A stretch of DNA of 54,687 nucleotides from Sphingorhabdus sp. (GTDB lineage Bacteria > Pseudomonadota > Alphaproteobacteria > Sphingomonadales > Sphingomonadaceae). Location of the stretch: NCBI GenBank assembly GCA_044374245.1, contig JBILOZ010000001.1, positions 1-54,687 of the forward strand. The letters are read 5' to 3'. The translations under genes were made by a program, and so were the position numbers. Shown here piece by piece: positions 12,621 to 22,774 of this stretch (the stretch's first letter is position 1; the number at the start of each line of letters is the position of its first letter). Below the pieces are notes generated by a model. The model saw only the letters and a program-made list of their open reading frames with translations. It was not told the DNA's origin and did not search any database.

Positions 12621-14422
12621 TGTCAGACGCTTACAAGATTATCGACCATACCTATGACACGGTTGTTGTCGGAGCCGGCGGCTCTGGCTTGCGCGCCACG
12701 ATGGGCAGCGCTGAAGCCGGTTTGAAAACAGCCTGTATCACGAAGGTTTTTCCCACCCGTTCGCATACGGTTGCGGCGCAGGGCGGAATTGCAGCGTCGC
12801 TTGGTAACAACTCGCCGGACCATTGGACCTGGCACATGTACGACACCGTAAAGGGTTCGGACTGGTTGGGTGACCAAGACGCAATCGAATATATGGTGCG
12901 TGAAGCGCCTGCCGCGGTGTATGAGCTTGAGCATGCCGGCGTTCCGTTTAGCCGCAATGCCGACGGCACAATTTACCAGCGCCCCTTTGGCGGCCACATG
13001 CAGAATATGGGCGAAGGCCCCCCCGTTCAGCGTACCGCCGCAGCGGCCGACCGCACCGGTCACGCCATGTTGCACAGCCTGTATCAGCAGAGCCTGAAAT
13101 ATGACGCGGATTTCTTCATCGAATATTTCGCGCTCGATCTGATTATGGAAAATGGCGAATGCCGCGGCGTTATCGCCATGTGCATGGAAGATGGCACCAT
13201 TCACCGTTTCAAAAGCCATGCCGTCGTGCTGGCAACCGGCGGATATGGCCGTGCCTATTTCTCCGCAACTTCGGCGCATACCTGCACCGGTGACGGTGGT
13301 GGCATGGTGCTGCGCGCCGGGCTTCCGCTTCAGGATATGGAATTCGTGCAATTCCACCCGACCGGTATTTATGGCGCTGGCGTTCTCATCACTGAAGGCG
13401 CGCGCGGCGAGGGCGGATATCTGACCAACAGCGAAGGTGAGCGCTTCATGGAGCGTTATGCGCCGTCCGCTAAGGACTTGGCATCGCGCGACGTTGTCAG
13501 CCGTTCAATGGCGCTGGAAATGCGTGAAGGCCGCGGCGTCGGCCCGCATAAGGACCATATCTATCTGCATCTCGACCATATCGACCCCAAGGTTTTGGCC
13601 CAGCGCTTGCCCGGCATCACCGAAAGCGGAAAGATTTTCGCTGGCGTCGATCTGACACGCCAACCACTGCCCGTGACACCAACGGTTCACTATAATATGG
13701 GCGGAATTCCGTGCAATTATCATGGTCAGGTGGTCACCAAGGTTGGTGATGATCCCGAAGTCATCGTGCGCGGCCTTTACGCGGTTGGCGAAGCAGCATG
13801 CGTTTCGGTGCATGGCGCAAACCGGCTTGGTTCAAATTCGTTGATCGATCTGGTGGTATTCGGACGCGCAACGGGCTTGCATTTGAAATCGTCGTTGACG
13901 CCCGGTGCACCGCACAAGGCGCTGCCGAAGGATGCTGCCGATTTGGCGTTGACCCGCGTCGACAAGTTCCGTGCAGCAAAGGGCGGTTCGCCGACTGCAG
14001 ACATTCGTTTGCAAATGCAGCGGACAATGCAAAAGCATGCTGCGGTGTTCCGCGACACAGCATTGCTGGCCGAAGGCGTTACCGAGATGCAAAAGGTCAA
14101 TCAGCGTTTGGCCGACGTGCACGTCACCGACCGCAGCATGATCTGGAACACCGACCTCATCGAAACGCTGGAGCTCGACAATTTGATGGCGCAGGCTGTG
14201 TGCACCATCGAAAGCGCCAACAACCGCAAGGAAAGCCGCGGCGCGCATGCGCATGAGGATTATCCAGAGCGCGACGATGAAAACTGGATGAAGCACACGG
14301 CTTCATGGTTCGAAGGTTGGGGCGGATCCGGCGGCGCGGTGAAAATCGACTACCGCCCAGTGCATGATTATACGCTGACCGACGAGGCAGAATATATCAA
14401 GCCAAAGCCACGCGTTTATTAA
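12620..14422 (+). CDS. sdhA: Succinate dehydrogenase flavoprotein subunit
   Basis: [16 protein letters not shown] (covalent FAD His), [17 protein letters not shown]. Confidence 0.97.
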   Translation: MSDAYKIIDHTYDTVVVGAGGSGLRATMGSAEAGLKTACITKVFPTRSHTVAAQGGIAASLGNNSPDHWTWHMYDTVKGSDWLGDQDAIEYMVREAPAAVYELEHAGVPFSRNADGTIYQRPFGGHMQNMGEGPPVQRTAAAADRTGHAMLHSLYQQSLKYDADFFIEYFALDLIMENGECRGVIAMCMEDGTIHRFKSHAVVLATGGYGRAYFSATSAHTCTGDGGGMVLRAGLPLQDMEFVQFHPTGIYGAGVLITEGARGEGGYLTNSEGERFMERYAPSAKDLASRDVVSRSMALEMREGRGVGPHKDHIYLHLDHIDPKVLAQRLPGITESGKIFAGVDLTRQPLPVTPTVHYNMGGIPCNYHGQVVTKVGDDPEVIVRGLYAVGEAACVSVHGANRLGSNSLIDLVVFGRATGLHLKSSLTPGAPHKALPKDAADLALTRVDKFRAAKGGSPTADIRLQMQRTMQKHAAVFRDTALLAEGVTEMQKVNQRLADVHVTDRSMIWNTDLIETLELDNLMAQAVCTIESANNRKESRGAHAHEDYPERDDENWMKHTASWFEGWGGSGGAVKIDYRPVHDYTLTDEAEYIKPKPRVY

Positions 14423-14428
14423 GAATGC

Positions 14429-14860
14429 ATGGCTAGTTCAATTGTCTGGGGCGGGTTTGAGTTTGGCACGGCAGCTGAGGTCGTGCTGGCCGAACTGCCT
14501 CAAGCGCGACAACGAACCGATTGTATTGAAATGCCCATCAGCAGTTTTGGCGCCGATTTCGATGTGATGTTCGAATTCGACGATAATGGACTATCGATGG
14601 TGAAAATAAGCTTCGTCAGGGCGCTGTCCACGACATTTGATCGTCTATTGACGACAATAGTGCATCAAATTTCCTTGAATCATGGAAGAGGGGAACGGCG
14701 CTATACATTTGAACGTGAATACCGAAAGCGTTGGGTCGACCGAGGCGTAGTGGTAAACATGCTTGCTCTTGATGATCCTGATTTGCCGGTTTTGTGCGTA
14801 GAGTATTCGAAATCAAAAATTTTAGATGCTCAACTGTGGGCATATAAAAATCGTACATGA
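14429..14860 (+). CDS. Hypothetical protein (AT-richer than its neighbours)
   Basis: 143-aa ORF starting 6 nt after the sdhA stop; no recognisable motif. Confidence 0.55.
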   Translation: MASSIVWGGFEFGTAAEVVLAELPQARQRTDCIEMPISSFGADFDVMFEFDDNGLSMVKISFVRALSTTFDRLLTTIVHQISLNHGRGERRYTFEREYRKRWVDRGVVVNMLALDDPDLPVLCVEYSKSKILDAQLWAYKNRT

Positions 14861-14914
14861 TTTTGTTTTAGCCTCAATTTAAATAGCTCCAAGCCTATGC
14901 CGGGGAGATAGAAT

Positions 14915-15901
14915 TTAGAGGGCTTTGAAAACCTCCGCTGCAATCTCTACGCTTCGCTTGCGCTTTTCATGGTCAAACACCGAACAGGCGACGATAATTT
15001 CGTCCGCTTGCGTGCGTGCCAAAAACGCTTTGACGCCCGCCTTTACAGTGTCAGCGGAACCGATTGCGCTTGCGGATAATATGTCGTTCAACGCTGACGT
15101 AAATTGCGGGGGCAGCGACGCCACATAGCCTTCGACCGGCGGCGGCATTTGGCGCGGGTTGCCCTTGCGTAAGGCGACGAAGCTTTGCATCAATGAGCTG
15201 GCCAAAAACTCCGCTTCTGCATCGGTTTCGCCGGCGATGATGTTGAATGCGGCCATCGCATAGGGTTTGTCCAATATGGCGCTTGGCCTGAAATGGCTGC
15301 GATAGATGTGCAGGGCTTCATCCAGCATTTGCGGTGCAAAGTGGCTGGCGAACGCGAAGGGCAGGCCAAGTGCAGCAGCGACTTGCGCGCCGTAGAGGCT
15401 GCTGCCCAATATATAGAGTTGCACATTTGCGCCCGCGCCGGGTGTCGCGACGATGCCTGTTTGGCCATCATCGGCGAAATAGCTTTGCAACTCCATCACA
15501 TCGCGTGGGAACGCGTTCGGGTCGCTGTCCAATGTCCGGCGGATCGCTGCGGCAACGCGTTGGTCACTGCCGGGCGCACGGCCCAATCCAAGGTCGATCC
15601 TGCCGGGGTAAAGCGCGTCCAAGGTGCCAAATTGCTCGGCGATGACCAATGGCGCATGGTTGGGCAACATGATGCCGCCTGAACCAACGCGGATGGATTT
15701 GGTCGCCACAGCAATATGCCCGATGACGACGCTGGTGGCCGCGCTGGCGATCCCGCGCATCCCATGATGTTCGGCAACCCAATAGCGGCTGAAGCCCAAA
15801 GTTTCGGCGTGGGCGGCAAGGTCTGCGGCATTGGCGAGCGCGTCAGCCACTGAGCCACCTTCGACAACGGGAACAAGGTCAAGCAAAGAGTAATTGGTCA
15901 T
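14915..15901 (-). CDS. LLM-class (luciferase-like) flavin-dependent oxidoreductase
   Basis: [34 protein letters not shown]. Confidence 0.9.
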   Translation of the reverse strand: MTNYSLLDLVPVVEGGSVADALANAADLAAHAETLGFSRYWVAEHHGMRGIASAATSVVIGHIAVATKSIRVGSGGIMLPNHAPLVIAEQFGTLDALYPGRIDLGLGRAPGSDQRVAAAIRRTLDSDPNAFPRDVMELQSYFADDGQTGIVATPGAGANVQLYILGSSLYGAQVAAALGLPFAFASHFAPQMLDEALHIYRSHFRPSAILDKPYAMAAFNIIAGETDAEAEFLASSLMQSFVALRKGNPRQMPPPVEGYVASLPPQFTSALNDILSASAIGSADTVKAGVKAFLARTQADEIIVACSVFDHEKRKRSVEIAAEVFKAL

Positions 15902-15970
15902 GAACCCTAAATGGGTGTGTTCACGCGCAAAGCCAAGCGCAATCGACTATCGGGTGAAGGCGTGTATAAA

Positions 15971-16591
15971 ATGCGCATGATCACCGCGCTGTTCCTTCCC
16001 TTTCTTATCACCACAATGCTGATTGAGCTGACCCCGGGACCGAACATGGCATGGCTTGCCTTGACCAGCGCGACGCAAGGCAAGCGGTCGGGTTTTGCCG
16101 CGGTCGCGGGCATTGCAACGGGCCTTGCGATCCTTGCGTTGGCTTCGGCAATGGGGCTTGCCGCGCTCGCAGCCCAGTCGCCTTTCGCCTTTAGTTTGCT
16201 GCGCTATGCAGGCGTGGCCTATTTGCTCTGGCTCGCATGGCAAACATGGGTTGGGGAGAAAGAAGTTGGGGCCAACCACATAGACGCGACGGCCATGGCG
16301 GCATGGTTCCGCCACGGCTTGCTGCTAAATTTGCTGAACCCAAAAGCTGCGGTGTTTTTTGTCACGGTCCTGCCAGCCTATATCGTAACGAAGGCACCGA
16401 TTGCTCCACAAACCATGCTGCTGTCCGCCAGCTACGTCGCTATTGCGACAGCGGTGCACCTCGTCATCGTTACGTTGACAGCGCAGGCGCATGGATGGAT
16501 GACTGTAGGCAACCGTCGGAACCAAGTGCGCCGTATATTTGCCGTGCTCTTGGCGATAGTCGCAATCTGGTTCTTGGTTAGCACGCGCTAA
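15971..16591 (+). CDS. LysE/RhtB family translocator
   Basis: TPGPNM and LLNPKAAVFF motifs; multiple hydrophobic helices. Confidence 0.88.
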   Translation: MRMITALFLPFLITTMLIELTPGPNMAWLALTSATQGKRSGFAAVAGIATGLAILALASAMGLAALAAQSPFAFSLLRYAGVAYLLWLAWQTWVGEKEVGANHIDATAMAAWFRHGLLLNLLNPKAAVFFVTVLPAYIVTKAPIAPQTMLLSASYVAIATAVHLVIVTLTAQAHGWMTVGNRRNQVRRIFAVLLAIVAIWFLVSTR

Positions 16592-16627
16592 CGCTGTTTT
16601 CCTGACGTTGCAGGCGCGCGCAAAAGC

Positions 16628-17776
16628 CTAGCGATAACGCAACATAGAGCGGTTAAGCTGCGCGACGGAATTGACGCCCATCAATCGCATGTCCCGATCA
16701 ATTTCGTCTCGCAATTTGCCAACGATACGTTCGACACCCGGTTGGCCAGCTGCGGCCAATGCATAAAGATATAGCCGTCCGCCCGAGCATACCGTGGCTC
16801 CTGCTGCCAGCGCCTTCAATACATGGCTGCCGCGCTGCACGCCGCCGTCACAGATGATGTCGATCTTACCGCCAACGGCGTCGGCGATTTCGGAAATCTG
16901 GTCAAATGGCGACCGCGATCCGTCCAATTGCCGCCCGCCATGGTTGGATACCATGATCGCCGTCGCGCCGATGTCGACCGCCCGCTTGGCATCATCAACG
17001 GACATGATACCTTTCAAGCAAAATTCGCCGCCCCAGTCGGACCGGACTTTCTCCGCCATTTTCCAGTCCATCGACGTGTCGAGCATGGTGTTGAAATATT
17101 CGGCCACAGACACCGCGACATTGGTCCCTGCGTCAACATGCGTTTGCAGGTTGGGCAGCGAGAATTTCTCCCGGAACATATAGTTCAGCGCCCATGCTGG
17201 ATGGATTGCGTAGCTCAGCACCGATGCAGGCGTGAAGCGCGGGGGCGAGGTGAACCCACTGCGCAGGCAGCGTTCCCGATTGCCCGACACGATCGTATCG
17301 ACGGTCAACGCGATGGCATCAAATTTCGCGGCTTTACAGCGTTCGATCATCGACGCGTTCAGGCCTTTGTCTTTGTGGATATAGAGCTGAAACAGCTTGG
17401 GCGTCTTGATGCGTTCGCCGACTTCCTCAATGCTGACCGTGGCAAGCGAGGAAATGCCGAACCATGTGTTAAACTGCTGAGCCACAGCGGCAACGGCGCG
17501 TTCACCCTGCCAATGGAATAAGCGTTGCAACGCGGTGGGCGATAGCATCAGCGGCATGGCAATTTCTTTGCCCATGACCCGCACTTTTGTGTCGATATCT
17601 GAAACGCCCGCGAGCACATTGGGCACAAGGTCGCAGTCGTCGAACGACGCACTGTTACGACCTTTCGTCCGCTCATCATCGGCTGCGCCGTCGATATAGT
17701 TGAAGATAGGCGACGGCAGGCGTGACTTCGCCAGCTGGCGAAAATCGGCGACATTATGACAATCATTCAAACGCAT
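16628..17776 (-). CDS. FMN-dependent alpha-hydroxy acid dehydrogenase (L-lactate dehydrogenase-like)
   Basis: SNHGGRQLD, DGGVQRG, YIDGAADDE. Confidence 0.88.
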   Translation of the reverse strand: MRLNDCHNVADFRQLAKSRLPSPIFNYIDGAADDERTKGRNSASFDDCDLVPNVLAGVSDIDTKVRVMGKEIAMPLMLSPTALQRLFHWQGERAVAAVAQQFNTWFGISSLATVSIEEVGERIKTPKLFQLYIHKDKGLNASMIERCKAAKFDAIALTVDTIVSGNRERCLRSGFTSPPRFTPASVLSYAIHPAWALNYMFREKFSLPNLQTHVDAGTNVAVSVAEYFNTMLDTSMDWKMAEKVRSDWGGEFCLKGIMSVDDAKRAVDIGATAIMVSNHGGRQLDGSRSPFDQISEIADAVGGKIDIICDGGVQRGSHVLKALAAGATVCSGGRLYLYALAAAGQPGVERIVGKLRDEIDRDMRLMGVNSVAQLNRSMLRYR

Positions 17777-17912
17777 GCGGCGCTTATGACAGGCCTTTTA
17801 TATAATTGCACCTATTTGGTCTTGGCATTCTGCCATATTGTCCTGCACCAATATTGCGTTTAGCGATGTTCAACGCAAATAACGTCCATCCCTAATGCAA
17901 AGGCTATCTCCC

Positions 17913-18698
17913 ATGTTCCTCCAAGGCAAAACGGCGCTTATCACGGGTTCAACATCTGGCATTGGATTGGGCTATGCGCGTGCACTGGCGGCCGAGGGCG
18001 CCAATGTGATGATCAACGGTTTTGGTGATGCGGATGCCATACAAGGCTATGTCGCGGAACTCGCCGCGGCAAGCGGTGGCGAAGCACTCCATTCTGGCGC
18101 GGATATGATGAAGCCAGATGAAATCAGGGCGATGGTCGCCGAATGTAGCGAGAAACTGGGATCGCCCGATATTTTGATCAACAATGCGGGTATTCAGCAT
18201 GTCGCCCCGGTTGATGAATTCCCGGAAGACAAATGGGACGCAATCATGTCGATCATCTTGTCGTCCGCATTCCATACCACGAAAGCTGCCTTGCCCGCGA
18301 TGAAGGCAAATGGGTGGGGCAGGGTCATCAACACCGGTTCGATGCACAGCCTTGTCGCGTCACCGTTTAAGTCGGCGTATAACGCGGCAAAGCACGGCCT
18401 TGCAGGCTTCAGCAAAACTGTTGCGCTTGAGGTCGCGACGCAAGGCATAACCGTCAACAATATCTGCCCGGGATATGTGTGGACGTCATTGGTTGAAAAC
18501 CAAATTCCCGATACGATGAAGGCACGCGGGTTGACGCGCGAACAGGTTATCAACGATGTGCTGCTGGCCAACCAGCCGCAGAAAAAATTTGTTCAGGTTG
18601 AACAATTGGCGGCATTGGCGGTGTTCCTGTGCAGGGATGAGGCCAGCGCGATTACCGGAACGAACCTATCGGTTGATGGTGGCTGGACTGCCCAGTAA
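17913..18698 (+). CDS. bdhA: D-3-hydroxybutyrate dehydrogenase
   Basis: TGSTSGIG, NNAGIQHV, SPFKSAYNAAKHG, ICPGYVWT. Confidence 0.88.
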   Translation: MFLQGKTALITGSTSGIGLGYARALAAEGANVMINGFGDADAIQGYVAELAAASGGEALHSGADMMKPDEIRAMVAECSEKLGSPDILINNAGIQHVAPVDEFPEDKWDAIMSIILSSAFHTTKAALPAMKANGWGRVINTGSMHSLVASPFKSAYNAAKHGLAGFSKTVALEVATQGITVNNICPGYVWTSLVENQIPDTMKARGLTREQVINDVLLANQPQKKFVQVEQLAALAVFLCRDEASAITGTNLSVDGGWTAQ

Positions 18699-19151
18699 AT
18701 CTTGGCTTGTGGGTTCGCGGCCAAAGGGTGCTTTAGTCGCCATCTCCCCCTCCCTCTCGTCTAGGGCAGCTGCGCCCGGCACGGTAAATACCGGCGGTGT
18801 ATAGCCAATTTTGTTCTTTTGGGGTGCGTCCGGATTTTCCCTCTCTGATCGCGGAGATACGCCAAATGGCAATCCGAAATCGGCTTGAATTGGTCTGCCG
18901 TCAATCGATGGCGCACCGGTTATAAATCCTACAGAAACCCCGGAATCGAATGGAACAGGCGGCGGAGATGGTGGCGGTGCTGTTGGTTCGGGCGGCGGCG
19001 CGGTAACTTCCGGATTCGCGACATCTGCGGCTTCGCGGGGCGGAACTGGATTTCCCTGTGGAATGACCACGGTGATGAACCCGGTGACAGACAGAACCCC
19101 AAGCAAGATTTTTAGAGTATTATCCACGCGCCCCAGCCTGTTTGGTTGCAA
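18666..19151 (-). CDS. Hypothetical proline-rich protein with an N-terminal membrane anchor
   Basis: Hydrophobic ILLGVLSVTGFITVVI followed by a PPPEPTAPPPSPPP tract; start uncertain (19151 or 19127). Confidence 0.6.
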   Translation of the reverse strand: MQPNRLGRVDNTLKILLGVLSVTGFITVVIPQGNPVPPREAADVANPEVTAPPPEPTAPPPSPPPVPFDSGVSVGFITGAPSIDGRPIQADFGLPFGVSPRSERENPDAPQKNKIGYTPPVFTVPGAAALDEREGEMATKAPFGREPTSQDLLGSPATINR

Positions 19152-19206
19152 GGGGGGTATATGAACGGCCTTAAGAAAATATTAGCGACAATGCGTTGGC
19201 CCATAG

Positions 19207-19236
19207 AAAAAACCGCCGACATTGCTGCCGGCGGTT
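19207..19236 (-). terminator. Rho-independent terminator of the aceA transcript
   Basis: Minus strand reads AACCGCCGGCAGCAATGTCGGCGGTTTTTT (stem-loop plus U tract). Confidence 0.8.
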
Positions 19237-19276
19237 AGGTGTTTTCCTCCCCAGGAAAACTCGTAAATATCTGCGC

Positions 19277-19435
19277 TTACTTGCCGCCTGCGCTCCCCAA
19301 ACGGTGGTAGAGGCGGGCAAATTTGATCGACTCCGGCTGATCCTTGATCGCTTCCAGATAGTGGACCAAGGCTTGCCTCAACAGCGTGAGGTCCTCGGTC
19401 GACAATACGGCGCGGGCGCGTGCTGGTTCGCTCAT
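19277..19435 (-). CDS. Small 52-aa protein downstream of aceA (not in the ORF track)
   Basis: MSEPARARAVLSTEDLTLLRQALVHYLEAIKDQPESIKFARLYHRLGSAGGK; AGAAAGGTG RBS 5 nt before ATG; lies between the aceA stop and the terminator. Confidence 0.8.
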   Translation of the reverse strand: MSEPARARAVLSTEDLTLLRQALVHYLEAIKDQPESIKFARLYHRLGSAGGK

Positions 19436-19448
19436 GGATTCACCTTTC

Positions 19449-21050
19449 TTACGCTGCGTTGCTGAACTGGTTCATGGTATTGTCTTTACCGCCAGCCTTG
19501 AGCGCGGCTTCGCCAGCGAAATATTCCTTATGCTCGTCACCAATGTCGGAACCCGACATATTCTGGTGCTTAACACAGGCGATACCTTGTCGGATTTCCT
19601 TGCGTTGGACGCCGGCAACATAGCCAAGCATACCCATTTCGCCGAAATAATCCTTTGCCAGATTGTCCGTGCTCAATGCCGCGGTGTGATATGTTGGCAA
19701 GGTGATCAGGTGGTGGAAAATGCCCGCACGCTTCGCAGAATCGCGTTGGAAATTCTGGATCCACATATCGGCTTGGGTGCCCAATTCGGTCTCGTCATAT
19801 GCTGCGCTCATCAGGTTTGTGCGGTCGTAAGCCGACACGTCCTTACCCTCTGCAGCCCAGGCGTCGAACACCTGCTGACGGAAATTGAGCGTCCAGTTGA
19901 AGCTTGGCGAGTTGTTATATGCCAATTTGGCATTGGGAACGACTTCGCGGATACGGTCGACCATGCCGGCAATCTGTTCGATGTGCGGCTTTTCGGTTTC
20001 AATCCAGATAAGGTCAGCGCCATTCTGCAGAGATGTGATGCAATCCAACACGCACCGATCTTCGCCTGTTCCTGAACGGAATTGGAAAAGGTTCGAAGGC
20101 AAACGCTTTGGCTTCAAAAGCTTCCCATTGCGGTTCAGGATGACATCGCCATTCTGCGCGGTGCTTGGGTCGATTTCTTCGCAGTCTAGGAAGCTGTTGT
20201 ACAAGTCACCAAGGTCGCCAGCTTCTTTCGATACTGCGATCTGCTTGGTAAGGCCTGCACCCAAGGAGTCGGTGCGCGCAACGATAATGCCATCAGGAAC
20301 GCCCAGTTCGAGAAACGCGTAGCGGCAGGCACGAATTTTCTGCAGGAAATCTTCGTGTGGGACGGTGACCTTTCCATCTTGGTGGCCGCATTGTTTTTCG
20401 TCCGAAACCTGATTTTCGATCTGCAGGGCGCATGCACCCGCTTCGATCATCTTTTTGGCCAGAAGATAGGTCGCCTCGGCATTGCCGAAACCTGCGTCAA
20501 TGTCCGCGATGATCGGCACGACGTGGGTTTCATGGTTTTCGATTTTAGCAAGCGCCTGCGCTTCCTTGGTCGCATCATTAGCTGCACGGGCGTCATCAAG
20601 GTCCTTGAAGAGCAGGTTGAGTTCCCGGCTGTCCGCTTGACGCAGGAATGTGTAAAGTTCGCCGATAAGGGCAGGGACGCTTGTCTTTTCATGCATCGAT
20701 TGGTCGGGCAATGGGCCAAACTCGCTGCGCAGGGCCGCGATCATCCAGCCCGACAGGTAAAGATAGCGCTTTTTCGTGGTGCCGAAATGTTTCTTGATCG
20801 AAATCATCTTCTGCTGCGCAATGAACCCGTGCCAGCAACCGAGCGACTGCGTATATTGCGCGGGGTCGGCATCATAAGCCGCCATATCTTCACGCATAAT
20901 TTTTGCGGTGTAGCGCGCAATGTCGAGGCCCGTCTGGAAACGGTTTTGCAACTGCATACGCGCCACGGACTCTGCGCTGATCGAGTCCCAAGTGCCATTA
21001 TTCGCGGCAATGTGCGTGCTGTTTTCAGCAATGAGCGACTGGTAAGACAT
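19449..21050 (-). CDS. aceA: Isocitrate lyase (long type)
   Basis: YLSGWMIAA, IIADIDAGFG, KQCGHQ catalytic loop, LAYNNSPSFNW. Confidence 0.95.
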   Translation of the reverse strand: MSYQSLIAENSTHIAANNGTWDSISAESVARMQLQNRFQTGLDIARYTAKIMREDMAAYDADPAQYTQSLGCWHGFIAQQKMISIKKHFGTTKKRYLYLSGWMIAALRSEFGPLPDQSMHEKTSVPALIGELYTFLRQADSRELNLLFKDLDDARAANDATKEAQALAKIENHETHVVPIIADIDAGFGNAEATYLLAKKMIEAGACALQIENQVSDEKQCGHQDGKVTVPHEDFLQKIRACRYAFLELGVPDGIIVARTDSLGAGLTKQIAVSKEAGDLGDLYNSFLDCEEIDPSTAQNGDVILNRNGKLLKPKRLPSNLFQFRSGTGEDRCVLDCITSLQNGADLIWIETEKPHIEQIAGMVDRIREVVPNAKLAYNNSPSFNWTLNFRQQVFDAWAAEGKDVSAYDRTNLMSAAYDETELGTQADMWIQNFQRDSAKRAGIFHHLITLPTYHTAALSTDNLAKDYFGEMGMLGYVAGVQRKEIRQGIACVKHQNMSGSDIGDEHKEYFAGEAALKAGGKDNTMNQFSNAA

Positions 21051-21191
21051 TTACAATTCCTTCGGAAGCCTGATTAATGTCTGCAGATATGCGGTTGTAA
21101 TGGCTAAAGGACGAGTCGATTTTGTAATATTTGTTGTGTTATGGTGCAGATAATCTAAGGATTAATTGTAAATCTGTAATATAACTTACAA
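21051..21191. promoter_or_regulatory. Divergent aceA/regulator control region with repeated TTGTAA/TTACAA boxes
   Basis: TTACAA at 21051 and 21186; TTGTAA at 21095, 21122 and 21166; CTGTAA at 21174. Confidence 0.6.
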
Positions 21192-21200
21192 GGCGCTGCC

Positions 21201-22616
21201 ATGAGTGAACAAAAGCTATTTGCCGGTCATGCCGTCCGCAGAATCCGTCGCGCAAACGGACTGACACAAGGGGCAATGGCGGATGCGCTCACAATATCTG
21301 CGTCTTACCTCAACCTGATTGAGCGCAACCAACGGCCACTCACGGCCACCTTGTTGCTGAAGCTCGCGCAATCATATGACTTCGATCCACGCACACTGAC
21401 TGGTACAACCCCCGGCGGCGGCGTTGAGGCCATTCGCCGCCGGTTGAGCGACCCCATGTTTGCCGATCTGTCGGTCGACCGAACGCAAGTGGAAGAATGG
21501 ATTGCCGCCAGCCCCGATGCCGCCGAAGCTTTTGCCCGCGCGTTTGACCGTTTGTCCGGCGGTTCGCATGGCGCGGCGGGCACGATGCAAGGCGGCGCAA
21601 GCATTGAACCTGAATCCATCGCATCGGCGCGGCGCGAGATTGAACGCTGGCGCAACCATTTTGCGGATTTGGACTCGCAAGCTGAAAACCTCGCGGATGA
21701 ACTGCGCCTCACCAACGCAGACCTGTATGGCGCAATTACCGAAAGGCTGCGCGTGAAGCATCAGTTGTCGATACGGATATTGCCATTTGACGTGATGCCC
21801 GACAGATTACGCCGGTTGGACCTCCATGCCAGGCAATTGCAGTTGTCGGAGCTATTGGACCCCGCAAGCCGCACATTCGCCGCCGCCTTGCAACTTGGTA
21901 TGTTGGAGGCAAAGGCGGAGATTGAGGCGCTCGTTTCCGGCGCCTCCTTTACCGAACGGGCAGGGGAGCGTCTCTACCGACGCCATTTGCACAGCTATTT
22001 CGCCGCCGCCGTCATGATGCCCTACGCCCGTTTCCTGCGCGCCTGCGAGGCTACTGGCTATGATCTTATCTTGCTGCAGCGCCGGTTTGGGGCTGGTTTT
22101 GAACAAGTCGCGCACCGCTTAACGACTTTGCAGCGGGTTGGGCAGCGCGGATTGCCATTTTTCATGCTGCGCATTGATCGGGCCGGGCAGAGCAGTAAGC
22201 GTTATGCAGGGGCGAGCGCATCACCCTTGGTGGAAACCGACCGCAGATGCCCCTTGTGGCACGTGCACAATGTCTTTGCACGACCGGGCACGCTGATGCC
22301 GCATCTGGTTGAGCTGGAGGACAAAAGCCGCTGGTTCACGCTATCGCGCACGGTGCACCCGCAAACCGCGGTGAGTGGCGGCGTTGAAGCTGAATTCGCT
22401 ATATGTTTGGGGATCGATGCGAAGCTCGCGGCACCCTTGGCCGCGGCGCGGGGCTGGGATTTAGGCGATGCAGCAGCGACGCCTATCGGATTGGGCTGTC
22501 CTGCGTGCACGCGATCGGACTGCCCGCAACGCAGCGCGCCGCCCGCAGGACGCGTGCTTGTTTTCAATGAGCGCGAACGCGGTATGTCGCCATTTATATT
22601 CGACCGGACGGTTTAA
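21201..22616 (+). CDS. Short-chain fatty acyl-CoA regulator family protein (RamB/ScfR type, XRE HTH)
   Basis: N-terminal HTH ISASYLNLIERNQRP; EQVAHRLTTLQR; C-terminal Cys cluster CPACTRSDCPQR; divergent from aceA. Confidence 0.9.
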   Translation: MSEQKLFAGHAVRRIRRANGLTQGAMADALTISASYLNLIERNQRPLTATLLLKLAQSYDFDPRTLTGTTPGGGVEAIRRRLSDPMFADLSVDRTQVEEWIAASPDAAEAFARAFDRLSGGSHGAAGTMQGGASIEPESIASARREIERWRNHFADLDSQAENLADELRLTNADLYGAITERLRVKHQLSIRILPFDVMPDRLRRLDLHARQLQLSELLDPASRTFAAALQLGMLEAKAEIEALVSGASFTERAGERLYRRHLHSYFAAAVMMPYARFLRACEATGYDLILLQRRFGAGFEQVAHRLTTLQRVGQRGLPFFMLRIDRAGQSSKRYAGASASPLVETDRRCPLWHVHNVFARPGTLMPHLVELEDKSRWFTLSRTVHPQTAVSGGVEAEFAICLGIDAKLAAPLAAARGWDLGDAAATPIGLGCPACTRSDCPQRSAPPAGRVLVFNERERGMSPFIFDRTV

Positions 22617-22714
22617 TTGTATAAGCGGCGATCGAATACTGCGTGTGTCAGTCGTTGGCGAAATCGTGCATGTTCAAGTTCATGTAAAGCATTTCATCTC
22701 ACGTGACCGCAGAC

Positions 22715-22731
22715 TGTAAAATTAATCGACA
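22715..22731. promoter_or_regulatory. Candidate PEP-CTERM box / PrsR enhancer TGT-N11-ACA
   Basis: TGTAAAATTAATCGACA, about 45 nt upstream of the MIRIFRHYIP ORF and the prsR-like gene. Confidence 0.6.
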
Positions 22732-22774
22732 CTTTACCATTGCCCGTTAGCAAAGCCGACATGGACAGGGCGCG

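Noticed and set aside
22655-22673. Sigma-54 promoter TTGGCGAAATCGTGCA near the PEP-CTERM box
   Set aside because: The GG-to-GC spacing is 9 nt, not the required 10.
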